Origin: Callorhinchus milii
Taxonomy: Eukaryota
Direction: 5' to 3'
Assembly: GCF_018977255.1 (NCBI RefSeq)
Contig: NW_024704743.1
Span: 58,034,001 to 58,098,000, forward strand
DNA: 64,000 bases
Position 1 is the stretch's first letter. Every line of letters starts with the position of its first letter. The position numbers and the translations under genes are program-made. The notes under the pieces are model-generated. The model was not told the origin of the DNA. It saw only the letters and a program-made list of their open reading frames with translations, and did no database searches. This document shows positions 11,547 through 23,124 of this stretch, one piece after another.

Positions 11547-11994
11547 TATTAAGCAATGTAAACAATCTTATCAATGAAATGGTCCATTAAAAATTTTAGA
11601 TGCACTGTTAAATCAAGGAATAGCAAATCGTTTTTTTATCACGAAATCCATTAGTTTCACAATTTTATTGATTTGTAGCTTTTACTTAAAGGTTGTCGAT
11701 ATATTATCTACCACATTTCTTAACTAATGTTCATAATGCATGACTCAGGAGGCTATAACCTTTTTTGTTGTGCTATCAGTTTAATTTCACCTTGCTGGTT
11801 TGCTCTCTGACTAGAGGTAATGCCAAATTAATGTAACATTGATTGAAGTACCATTTGGAGCATATAAATATTGGTCTGAATCCAAATCTTTCATTATTGT
11901 TAAACAAATACCAAGCCAAGTTTGATAAAATATTTGAGCTAAATGATGTAATTCCCTATGTCCTATTATTCGCAGCTACGTCTTCAGCCATAAT

Positions 11995-12215
11995 GTCCCT
12001 GCTCTCCAAAACTCTCTCCCCAAATCTAGTTGCCTTGTTCCTTTTCTCCTATGTTTCAAAACCCTCTAAAAAATAAAATTGTATCTCTTTGGCACACTTT
12101 TGGTTAACAAACCTTAATTTTTCCCTCCTCTTCTCCAAGTTCCGTGCTCCCTGTTGGCTCTGAGAAACTCTTTGCAATGTTGGAAAGGTGCTGTATAAAT
12201 GTAAGTTATTGTTAG
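11995..12215 (+). mobile_element. Old L2 3' end fragment
   Basis: Pyrimidine-rich body ending gaaaggtgctgtataaatgtaagttattgtt. Confidence 0.6.
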
Positions 12216-12224
12216 TTAGAGTTA

Positions 12225-12827
12225 TATAGAGAGTACCCATTGTATGTACCCATTGCAGCTTTGCTTGGAACCAAAGGACCCAATATAGAATGTAGAGTGA
12301 CACATAGACAGACACACAGACAGACATTTCATCTTTATCTATACTCATTTGAGAGGACTCCTGTGGGAGGAATCCTTTTGAAAGGACTTAGTGGGAGGAC
12401 TTGGTGCTTTAAAAATATAATTTTGTTGTTGTTGCCATGGCTTAGCTTTGTTTGTGTTCTTTATTTTCTTTCCGCCTCTTGGCTAGGTGCATCCTCTGTG
12501 GCACAGGATGCCACAGCGCCATGGTCAGCCAGCGTGGTCACCAGGTGTAACTGCAGTGCATGCGTACGCACATACATACGTGCTCTGTGATGCATGATAC
12601 CACAGTGCCACCAGGTGTAACAGCAGCGGCCACCAGGTGTAACAGCAGCGAAAAACTCAAAACTGAAAATAACGCATGAACGATAGGAGATACACAGAAA
12701 CAAATATGCCCTTGTCACACCCAGATGCAAGACCTTTTTGATGAGGTACAAATAATGTCTCTATGTCAATCAGCTACTGAGATTGTTCTTGAAGCGCAGA
12801 CAGACATTGTCATTTTATTAGTATAGA
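12225..12827 (-). mobile_element. Helitron-like non-autonomous element or composite
   Basis: Minus strand starts A|TCTATACTAATAAAATGACAATGTCTGTCTG, a typical Helitron 5' end with subterminal (GTCT)n; a second similar end at ~12305-12337; internal 22-bp tandem repeat; no clean CTAG 3' end seen. Confidence 0.5.
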
Positions 12828-12844
12828 TAGATAGAAGATAGATG

Positions 12845-13060
12845 ATATGGCATGGAAACAGATGATTTGGTCGAACTGGCCTGCACCAGAGTTTATAATC
12901 CACACAATCCCCCACTCTTCCTATTCCCTCACCTATACCTGTCTATTCCCTTCCCTTTTGCAATTTTCTCTTAAATACATTGATTCTATTTGCTTTCACT
13001 ACATCTTCCAGCAGTGAGTTCCACATTGTACTTGTAAATGAGAAGAAACTTGGTACCTTT
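12845..13060 (-). mobile_element. CR1 3' UTR fragment
   Basis: ...cagcagtgagttccacatt and tcttaaatacatt resemble the reverse-complement CR1 3' end. Confidence 0.6.
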
Positions 13061-13099
13061 CATTTAGATCCTACTTTGGGACAAAAAAATCCAGACTTC

Positions 13100-13245
13100 A
13101 GTTATCTTTGTGCCAATGTCCCATAAACAGTCAAGAAGTGAATGCAAATTTTAATTGGGAGATTGTTGGCCAGGCCTCTGTGAGAAACTTCCATCTCTTT
13201 TCAAATAGTGTCATGGGATCTTTAATATTCACCTGAACAGATAGA
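13100..13245 (-). mobile_element. Old Deu-domain SINE fragment
   Basis: ttcaaatagtgtcatgggatctttaatattcacctgaacag is the reverse-complement Deu core. Confidence 0.7.
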
Positions 13246-13310
13246 CTTCTATGTAGAATGCAAACATTAACTTACGATAAAGACACTTAAGTATATTTAA
13301 GTGTCTTTTA

Positions 13311-15327
13311 GGGGCACTGAGATAACAGTGGAACTTTGCTGTAATATTTTAGCAAGATTCACTCAGTTTGATTGATGCTGGTTCTGTTCAGAAGTGCTAA
13401 TTTAATTTAAAGCTTAGGAACACAGCTAAGAAGGAAAACTTTCAAGTGTATTTATGTAATCAAAGAAACAAATCACATCAACCCAAGATAAAATGGGTTA
13501 TGCTGTCTTGTAACCCATTTTAACCTACAGAGTATTCCCAAACCAACTCCGTATCTTGTTTGCATAATTGAACTGCTAAAAGTCATCAAAAAAGTGATGC
13601 CATTTTGTTGAAGCAAAGAAGGAGTCACTCGTATGCCTCTTGGATAAAACAAAAACATTGAACATCAATGATTGCATCCAAAGCTTGATATCAGAAAAAG
13701 TACAAGTAACATTACAATTCATTCCAGTGGCAGCAAGACAATAGCTGCTGTTGTTTAACCCAAGGCTTTATATCTACATGAGAAGCAGGACAGTTGCAGA
13801 TGCATCTCTGGATTGATTCTGGATCAATTGAAAAAGGTCAGCATGAAGTGTGAGTAGTGAACTGTTTTCCTGACTGTGTCAAAGCTCACAATCCCTTGTA
13901 TGAACATATTAATTCAGATAACAGAATCCCAGATTGTATCATGCAATATAAACCCTGGAAAATGCTGGTTCACGCCTTTGTCACCTCAAGGCTGGACTAT
14001 GGGAACTCTCTCCTCGCCGGCCTTCCCGTCACCTCCCTCCACAAGCTGCAGGTCATTCAGAACTCTGCAGCTCGTGTACTCTCCCGCACCAGGCTTCGGG
14101 ACCACATCACTCCCACCCTCGCTCGCCTCCACTGGCTCCCCATCCCCCAGAGGATCGAATTCAAGATCCTCATCCTCACCTACAAGGCCATTCACGGCCT
14201 TGCTCCCTCCGACCTCTCCAACCTACTATCCCCCTACCTACCTGCCCGTACCCTCCGTTCCTCCGGCTCCGGTCTGCTCCACGTCCCCCGCCCCAACCGC
14301 CCTACCATCGGTGGTCGGGCTTTCAGCCTCTCAGCCCCTAGGCTCTGGAACTCTATCCCCAGTGCCTTCGCCTTGCTTCCTCCCTTTCCTCCTTCAAGGC
14401 CGGTCTCAAAACCTTTCTCTTTGACCGTGCCTTCAGCTCCCCTCTCGACTCTCTTCCTCCTCCTCGCTCCCTCCCTTCCCTCCCCTCACCCTGACCATTT
14501 CCCCCCTCCTCGCTCCCTCCCTTCCCTCCCCTCACCCTGACCATTTCCCCCCTGCTCGGGTCATGACCCAACTGTGCAGCGCCTTGGGACGTCCTCCTGA
14601 CGTGAAAGGCGCTTTATAAATGGAATCTTGTTGTTGTTGTTGTTGTTGTTGTTGTATAGACCATAGAAAATCATGACTTGTCCAGTTTGACCCTCAATAT
14701 AAATTGCACAATTTTTATTTCAGTAAATACTAGTCACTTTTGTGAGATATCTGTCAACATTAGTTGAATGCTTCTGCAACCTCTTGTTCTGCCAGTTAAC
14801 CTAAAGAAATACATTTTGAAAAATTTTATACAAATACAGTCTGTGACATCTTTTCTTGTTGGTTGAGAAAAAGCAAAAATAAAATTCTCAATATATTTAA
14901 CACATGTACCTCATAATATATTCAACAAAATAAATAAGAGATTTTAGTATTTGTGAAATGTCAAGTGGGTGATACATTGTTTACATTAGCTTACCAGAGC
15001 AGTGCAATTTACAGCACCATTGAAAGGCATGATTTATATTCCTTAGAATATTTGTTGCACGCATTAACCATAACCTCTTGATGCCGCTTGATTTAATTAC
15101 TAGTTTATTTCTGTGCAAGTCTAACGCTCTGATTTTGCACCCATTTTCTTCTGGGTTGAAGTGATTTGCTTCTTTGAATACATAAATGCACTTGAAAGTT
15201 TTCCTTCTAAGCTGTGTTCCTAGAGCTTTTAATTTAATTAGCACTTCTAAACAGAACCAACATCAATCAAACTGAATGAATTTTGCTAAAATATTACAGC
15301 AAAGTTCCACTGTTAACTCAGTGCCCC
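13311..15327. mobile_element. Unclassified element bounded by ~188-bp inverted repeats (probable DNA transposon)
   Basis: 13311-13498 is the reverse complement of 15139-15327 (roughly 85-90% by eye); termini GGGGCACTGAG..CTCAGTGCCCC; a young L2 is inserted inside. Confidence 0.75.
13965..14655 (+). mobile_element. Young 5'-truncated L2 (same family as 46417)
   Basis: Near-identical to 48298-49114; [22 protein letters not shown]; 2 minisatellite units; (TTG)n tail. Confidence 0.97.
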
Positions 15328-15811
15328 CATTTATTTCACTGGTGGTTGTTTTGATCGCACAATCCTACTGTCAGTATTGACCTTTTGTAACGTATTGAAG
15401 CATTATCATACAGTGTGTTACCCATCCAAATAGCACATTAATAAAACTCACGTAAAACTAGATTTCAAAAGGCTATGGATGTTCAAGTTTAAATAAAATT
15501 CATACAATTTTTAACACAAGGCACTGGATCCTACCAGGACTGATTTTGATTGTCAGAAAAATTGCTGTTTACTTTCATTTGGCGTATTTAATAAAATGTT
15601 ATCTTCAGAGAAAAATAGGCTTTGATATGGTTGCATATTGTAGCTTCAATTGTTATAAATTGTGACAAATGAATTTACCCCAAAGGAATTTCAGCTGCAT
15701 GATTCCATTTTGAATTAGAAGGTTTGTTTTAACTTCAGTTATATGTTTTCTTCCTTAAGGATCTGTAATAATAGTGTTTGATAAAAGCAACAAATTGGAA
15801 AATCTATCTCT

Positions 15812-15960
15812 ATAATAATAATTCTTCCATTTGATATAACGCTTTATCACATCATCTCAAAACATTTCACAGAAATTACTGTAAAGTGTATGTTTTGTAG
15901 TGAACATGGCAGCCAATTTCCACACAACCAGCCATGAAGTGAATGATCATTTTTACTTGT
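15812..15960 (-). mobile_element. Old Deu-type SINE tail fragment
   Basis: (aat)n + catttgatataacgctttatcac..ttcacagaaattactgtaaagtg. Confidence 0.6.
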
Positions 15961-16667
15961 TAAAGATGCATGTGATCTAAATTAAGTCTTTTGAATGTGG
16001 GTATATTACTCAACCTTTCTTGCGACATTAAAAATGCAGTAGACCCTTTCCATTTAAGCAATGGGGGAGTGAGGGATTTCTGTGGGTTGGTGAATTGCTT
16101 ACCTTGTTGCATATGTCTATAATTACATTTTGAGACACTTAAAATTTTAAATGATTTTGAGAATTTAAACCCAGAACAATACTTTGGGATGCATAGAAGC
16201 AGTAGAACCAGAGATGCAAGCATAAAGTTAACAGCAGGTTATCAAGAAGGGCCTACCCTACATGAAGAGCGCTATATAAATGTTATATAAATGCAAGTTG
16301 GTTATACTTGATCTGAGCAAAGGTTAAACAAAAAATCTCATCATTTTAACCAAAACTATAGCAGGCAACCTGTTTGAAAGAAGGTTGATATGGTCAGGAA
16401 GCTGAATTGCTGCACAAACTGTTGGCATTAGAAAGAATACTTGAAGTATCATTGGGTAAATCCAGTAATAATAATTCAACTCCAATGCATGGTCAACTTG
16501 TTCAGCGACAGAACCCCAATAATATCTCAGCAAACATTATTGGATCAAATAATACTAGTAATCTAAGGATAAATGGAAATCAACATAAAAGCATACAAAA
16601 GTGAATTGTTAGAGTTATATATAAAAGTCAATGAAAGTGAGAGTCTCTTTGATCATGGTTACATAGA

Positions 16668-16828
16668 ATGCCTTCAGCTCCCCTCTCGACTCTCTACCCC
16701 CTCCTCGCTCCCTTCCCTCCCCTCACCCAGACCCCCTGCTCGGGTCCCGACCCAACTGTCCAGCGCCTTGGGACGTCCTCCCGACGTGAAAGGCGCTCTA
16801 TAAATGCAATCTTGTTGTTGTCTTGTTG
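16668..16828 (+). mobile_element. Short young L2 3' end
   Basis: gccttcagctcccctctcgactc...cagcgccttgggacgtcctcccgacgtgaaaggcgctctataaatg..ttgttg. Confidence 0.92.
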
Positions 16829-17751
16829 AATGTGATAACTGACCAATTTCAATATATATTTAGCATATTTTGGCTATTGATCTGGCTTTAACTGTAATGT
16901 CAGGGTACATTCTGGGAAATGTTAATATCATCTCATGTATATTAGTTCCATGTAAAAGAGATACTTTGGCTGTTATCAATCCCAGCTGCACATATATTCT
17001 CAGACTGTGTTGTTTTGCAGAATAGTTCACCATATGCAGTTAGACTCTCTTACACGGAGTATCTTGTTCAATGCCTCTCAAATAATAGGCACATTACAAT
17101 TTTTTTTTAGATGCCACATTATCCCTTTTCATTACCTATTTCCTTATTGCCCTCCTGAGTTGTAACAGTAAAATATCAGGACTAAAGGCTTCTCCCTGGC
17201 CTCTATATGTAAGCTTTATAAAGTTATCTGTTAAATAGTGAGATTGTATTTATAACCTGTGGGATCTGCAACCAATTTCCGGACAAGTTTGCTTGTAACA
17301 TTATTCATCCAGACAAAAATTGGAACTGAACACACTAATAAGTGACCTTTCAGCTAACCTAATTATAATTTCATTAAAAACAGACAGAGGTTCTGATGCT
17401 TCCTTGTGCAAGTCAGTAAAGTAAATTCTGATATAGCTGCATGTCAAATTGCCTGACACAGTATCGCAGCCTGTTAAAACATGTGATTCAATTGTGGGAG
17501 CTTGCTGTCTGTCACTGTGCACCATTGTAGTCTACTGACAATCGATACAATGAAAATCAGTAAGAAATTGCTAGGTTTATATATATTACAAGAATAACAC
17601 ACTATGGAGTGTGTTCAGAGATAATAGACGTCCCAGTGATGAGGTGACATTGATAAACTCTTTCATCTTCTATTTCTTGGATTATAAAGTCTTCTTAAAG
17701 TTCAAATGATGCGGTCTCGTTACACTGCAGGTTCTTTTTATATTTTGATAC

Positions 17752-18252
17752 GTGTGCATGCATTTGTCACCTCCCGCCTGGATTACTCAAACACACACCT
17801 CTCCAATCTCCCCAGCTCCACCATTCAAAAAATCCAGCTCATTCAGAACTCTGTTGCCCACATACTTACCTGGATCAAACTCTGTACCCACATCTCACCA
17901 ATTCTGGCCAGCCTCCACTGGCTCCCCACCACTGACGGGTTGACTGCAAGATCCTCACACTTGTGTTCAAATCCCTTCACTCTCTGGCACCTCCCTACCT
18001 CTCTGACCTCCTCACTCCCCAATCCACACTCTGCTCGACTGACACCGGCCTCCTGTTTGTCCCTTGCTCCCTCTGGAATACTGTCCCTCAATCCTTCCGC
18101 CTGGCCCTCTCTCAAGTTCCGCCTGAAACCCTTACTTTTCGACCGTGCTTACAGTAAACTCTCACGGCCCCCTCCCACCCCCCAACGACCCGGCTCAGAG
18201 TCAGGTTCCACCACTGATAAGAGCTCTGAGACACTAAAAGTTGTTGTTGTTA
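17752..18252 (+). mobile_element. Older L2 3' fragment
   Basis: [28 protein letters not shown]. Confidence 0.9.
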
Positions 18253-18914
18253 CGAAGCAGTGATTTTGTTCTGAAATCTGTTAGGAAGAACAAAGATAAT
18301 AATAATAATAATACAGCTCCTTCTGTTTTTATTTAAGTAGGAAATCAGGAAAACTTTAAAAGTTTGGCATGGGGCCAATGACCCTATTTTAATTCCCAAC
18401 CAACACTAGAAAATCTCAATATCACAGAAATAATCCAGCAAATTAAAACAAGACGACATTTTAAGGAACCACTATTATGTCAGTGCACAGAAAAATATTT
18501 TTTTCAGAAATGCATATTTAATCATCAGCCTGTGGTAAAACTGGAGACATATTTGAATACAAAGTAGAAATCTGTATGTACCGTGTTAATAAACTAGCAG
18601 TTATTTCTTAACTTTTTACAGTTGTCAATGAATATTTATTGCTATTTAATTAATACTTGGAACATTCAATTCTTTGTCATTTTAATTTCTCCACACCTCA
18701 ACTCCTCTCAGTGTACTGATGCAAAAGAGGTGATATGTACGGAAACTCAAGAGGAACAAAACAAAGATTCACAACTTAAGGAGAAAAATTCAAATACAAA
18801 GTCACGGTATATATCTGTAATAACATTTAAGGAAGTAATGCAGTTTTGAAGATAATAATATTCAACCTGAGCTCTTGCAATTTAGAATGTCAACTGAACA
18901 ATACTATAAGATGT

Positions 18915-19112
18915 ACCAAGACAGGACATAGGTTTAGAGTTGTAAAGGGCAAATTAAGGATAAATAGCAAGAAGTTTTTCTTTATTCAAGGGTGACTACA
19001 ACCTGGAACATAGTTGATGGATAGTTGATGCCAGGATGCTGCACTCTTTTAAAAAAAAGTTGTGGAGGGACAAGATCAGATGGGCCGAAGGACCTCATGA
19101 ACCAATCTTGTG
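18915..19112 (+). mobile_element. CR1 3' fragment
   Basis: TRQDIGLELxKGKLRINSKKFFFIQ-like (TRGH..KL..FF.QRV) segment followed by gatgggccgaagg. Confidence 0.6.
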
Positions 19113-19734
19113 AACCCCTCAGTTAGATTTCTACCTTGATATCCACTTCTCTATTTATCTTTCTTCAGTTAAATATAAGTACATTGGTTTCCTCTATTAA
19201 ACAATTTATTTTTAGGTGCGGGTGATGGGGAAACTTGAATCAATATTTCTGCAAACTAGTCTCAGAAATCTACATAAGACTTCTGAAACAAAGGATAAAA
19301 ATTGCAACTGCCTACCTAATTTAAGTTATGTAATTCAAACGAAAGCAAGAGAGAGCAATGTGTACTCATGGAGCAGTTTTATATGTTGGCACTCGATACT
19401 TAATTGGTTAATTTACAAGTTGATTGAATTTTCTCATGAGGGGGCACATTTTAAAATAAATCACTTCAAATTGAACAGGTGCTTAATCTCTGTCATTTAC
19501 AACAACTGAATGCCCATTCCTTATAATGTGTTAGCTGCTGTCATTCTTGCTCTTTTGAAAATGCCTATTAATTAGATCAAAGCCCATTTGAAGGTCCTTT
19601 TGAGATGTTTATTGCAATACAGATCTGCAATGACAGAGTTATAATTTCTGGCAGAGGCTGCTGTAAAGCTCAATGGCCTGAGTGGCCCCCTTCCAAACAA
19701 TACTTTTCTTTGCTTCTAGCTGTGACTCCAGATC

Positions 19735-20605
19735 TGCTGATGTTCTGTCAGCTTGTTTGTTACTCATCAAGGCCTGGGTGAGCACGACTTTCCTGCGGCT
19801 GAATGTCGACAAGATGGAAGCCATACTACTTGACTCCCATCAATGATTTCTGTCCTGTTGCTCTGACCTTCTCAATCTCCCCGACCTATTCCTAAGACGT
19901 ACCGAACCTGTATGTAACCTGGGCGACAGGTTCAATCCCCAGCTTTCCTTCCTACCTCACATCCGATCCTTAATCAAGACCACTTTACTCCACCTCCATT
20001 ATTTTGCCCACCTTGCCTGTACCTCATTCCCAACACAGGCGAAACCCTCGTCCATGCCTTTGCCTTGACTATTCAAACACTCTCCTTGCCTGTCTCCTCA
20101 GCTCCATTATCCACAAAATCCATCTGCTCCAAAATCGCCTGTGTACTCCCTGTTCAATACTCCGTACCCCCATCACATCAGTCCTCACCAGGCTTCACTG
20201 CCTCCTTATCACAGAACAGATTGAATTCAAGCTCCCCACACTCGTCTACAAATCCCTTCACACCTTGACACCTCCCTACCTCTCCGTCCTGCTTATTTCT
20301 CATGCCACCACCCACTACTTCCGTTCGTCTGGCTCCAGCCTCCTGCATGTCCTTTGTTCCTTACATTCCACCGTCAGTGGCCATTCCCTCAGCCACTATG
20401 CCACAAACTCTGGAATTCTCACCCTCATCTCTCTGCCTTGACCCCTACTTCCCCAATTTTAGATCACATCTTAAGACCTCCCTCTTTGACCGTGCCTACA
20501 TCATCTCACCCCTACCCTGGCTCAGTGTCAAGCTCCACCACTGTCAAAGGCTCCGAGTTGCTACCCTGTGTGAAAAGTGCTATATAAATGCAAGTTGGTG
20601 TTGTT
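19735..20605 (+). mobile_element. Older degraded L2 (RT C-terminal half to tail)
   Basis: DVLSACL..FLRLNVDKMEAIL; LDYSNTLL; FRSHLKTSLFDRAY; tail gctatataaatgcaagttgg. Confidence 0.88.
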
Positions 20606-21320
20606 TGCCTAACCATTCAATGCCCCACAAGATTTCTTTAATACACTTGTCCCTTTTACTTGACTGAAAATAATCTATTTACTTTTTGAAACCATTTTAA
20701 TTCCTTGTTTTACCACCTCACTTTAATTCCACAAACCCATCACCTTTCTAACTAAAATCTATATATCCTAATTTCCCATTCTCTTTTGTTTTCTTTGTTT
20801 TGAAGATACAACTGTTTTTTCTGAATCTTGTATATGGCAGAAAAATGTATCTGAATTCAAATTTCTCAAACCCTTCATTGTCTTTAATACCTTTTAATTC
20901 CCCTTGGCATTTCTCTGTTTGAGAGATAAAAGTCCAAGGTCAGTCAATCTTTCCTCACAGCTCCGTCTTAAACTCAGGAATTGATCTTATTAGTATGCAC
21001 TGCAGATTTGAGTATCATGTTATTTCTAATAAAGCCAACATTTTTGACATATCTTTTGAAACTGACAGAAATTGACAAAATGCATAATGCTGAGGAAAAG
21101 TTCACTTATCATTTGATTCAAACACATGATCATAAGAGAGCTTTGGGTGAACAAAGGCCATTGGCCCATTTGATCTCATGCTTTCAGAATACCCATTTTA
21201 CCATTTTCACCATCACAGCCTCAAGCTGGTTCCTGAATGAGCAAACAAACACCTGACTCAGAGTTGAGCATGCTTTCAACTGAGCCAGGCTGAGACACAT
21301 TTTATTAATGTTATTATTGG

Positions 21321-21668
21321 TGGAGTCCTGTAGCTTAGTGGTTAGAGCACTTGCCTTGCAAACGAGAGGACCTGGGCTTGATTCCCGGGCAGGGCAAAAC
21401 GTGGGCAAGTTTCCTTACTCTACATGACGCTGTTTACCTAGCAGTACGTAGGAACCTGGTTATTAGTCGATTGGCGGATTGCATTTCCGGGGCAATAATC
21501 CCTTCAAAACAAAAATTTTAAAAAATTTAAAAATATGGTCACTCAATCCATGACAATTGGCTGCCCACAAAATATACAGTCTATTCACTTTGCAGTATAT
21601 TCTGTGAAGTGCGTTGAGATGTTTCGAAGACGTGATACAGTGCTGTATCAAATGCAAAGATTATTGTT
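21321..21668 (+). mobile_element. Older SINE (long subfamily)
   Basis: tRNA head ggagtcctgtagcttagtgg; internal ctgtttacctagcagtac segment; tail. Confidence 0.88.
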
Positions 21669-22157
21669 AATTTTATTAAATCATGGCAGATCTTTTATTC
21701 CCATTTTCCAACCTTTTCTCCTTACCCCTTAATATTCTAAATAAAATGGCCAAACAGGCCTCAAGAGTTGAATGGCTCTTCCTGTTCCAATTATATTTTA
21801 GCTAAAGGTACTATGCGCCAATCATAAAATAAGTTACAAAGAGTATCCTAGTTGTACCAGATTGCGGTATCTTCAGGCTTACCAGCATCATTCCCTCATT
21901 GACTCTGGATTTTGCCACATATATCACACTGCACTTCCCAAGATGACAGCCCGTGTTCCATTGCATACTGTCTCCCTCTAATTAATAGTTCATTGTCTCA
22001 CTTCCAAGTGCTTACCTTTGTTCACCTTCTTTGTTTGGTTGAATTGAATTCGCTGTCCCTACCTGCATCTGGTGATTAATTCACGCTTTGCAACTTCATT
22101 GTATTTTCAGTTTTGTTATCTCTTCAGTTTTTTTCCTCTGAACCTTCTTTGTAGCTT

Positions 22158-22361
22158 ACAACACACAAAATACTGTAGATGCTGGAAATCTGAACCAGAA
22201 ACAGAAGTCCCTGGGAACACTCAGCAGGTCAGGCAGCATCTATGGAGAAAGGAAAGTGAGTCAATGTTTCGGGTCCACAATTCTTCGTCAGAACTGCTGA
22301 GTGTTCCCAGCGACTTCTGTTTTTGTTTCAGATTTCCAGCATCTGCAGTATTTTGCATTTC
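22158..22361. mobile_element. Penelope-derived foldback element with minimal hammerhead-ribozyme core, copy 1
   Basis: ~62-bp inverted arms (22166-22227 / 22294-22355); exact 11-bp TSD ctttgtagctt (22147-22157, 22362-22372); minus-strand core AGTT-CTGACGA-A..CCC-GAAAC-ATT-GACT. Confidence 0.8.
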
Positions 22362-23124
22362 CTTTGTAGCTTGTCTGTCATTTAAAATGGTGTTAGGAAG
22401 GAGAGTGGGATTAAATAAGAACAATAAAATGATAAACTGTACATTTGGTGTATTGTCTTTCATGTTGGAAGAATATCTCAAAACACTTCATAGGATATAG
22501 TGCCTTGGGAAAAGCACTATATAAATGTAATTTTGTATTATATTGTTATACTTGTGCTGTATATACTATAAAGTCTAGAGATCATGGATGAAAGGAAATG
22601 GATAGCATTTTCGGAAAGTCGGCACAGACTAGATAGGCTGAATAGCTTCTTTCTATGCTGTAAAATTCAATGATTTTTTGATTCAAATTGGCAACTTTTG
22701 AGTCAATGTTTTGGTAGATGAAGAGTTACAGGGAGGAAAGGAAATAAATAATTTTTCAGGAGTTTTGAAACAAGATTATTAGATCAGGTCTATTGGTTCA
22801 GATACAAACAGATGGTTACTCATTTCATGGTTCAATGGGCACCACCTGATTTTTGTAGGAATGTGAACAAGGCTGATTCTTCAACATTGTTACATTTACA
22901 ATCTTTATGGTGCAGACTTAAGATGGTCATTTTTCCATGACAAACTCGCACAACTGTAAAGCATTTATGGAATAGCAGAATAAAAGCTATTTTGCCTGTC
23001 AAGAAATACTTGACCGTCAATTGACTTTAAGTTCAGATGCAAATTTCTGATTCCAGGTTATAACAAAGGTTTTTATTTTGCTTTTATTTACCAAGTAAAT
23101 AAATAGATTTCAGCACTAATTAAG

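Noticed and set aside
16365..16604. Exon-like stretch YGQEAELLHKLLALERILEVSL plus an Asn-rich ORF
   Set aside because: In-frame TGA just upstream, poor acceptor, no recognised homology, and no basis for invoking selenocysteine
21860..22060. Two strong minus-strand gtaagc donors
   Set aside because: The surrounding translation (GTANS..GKCSVIYV) looks like decayed CR1 RT, and no good acceptors are present
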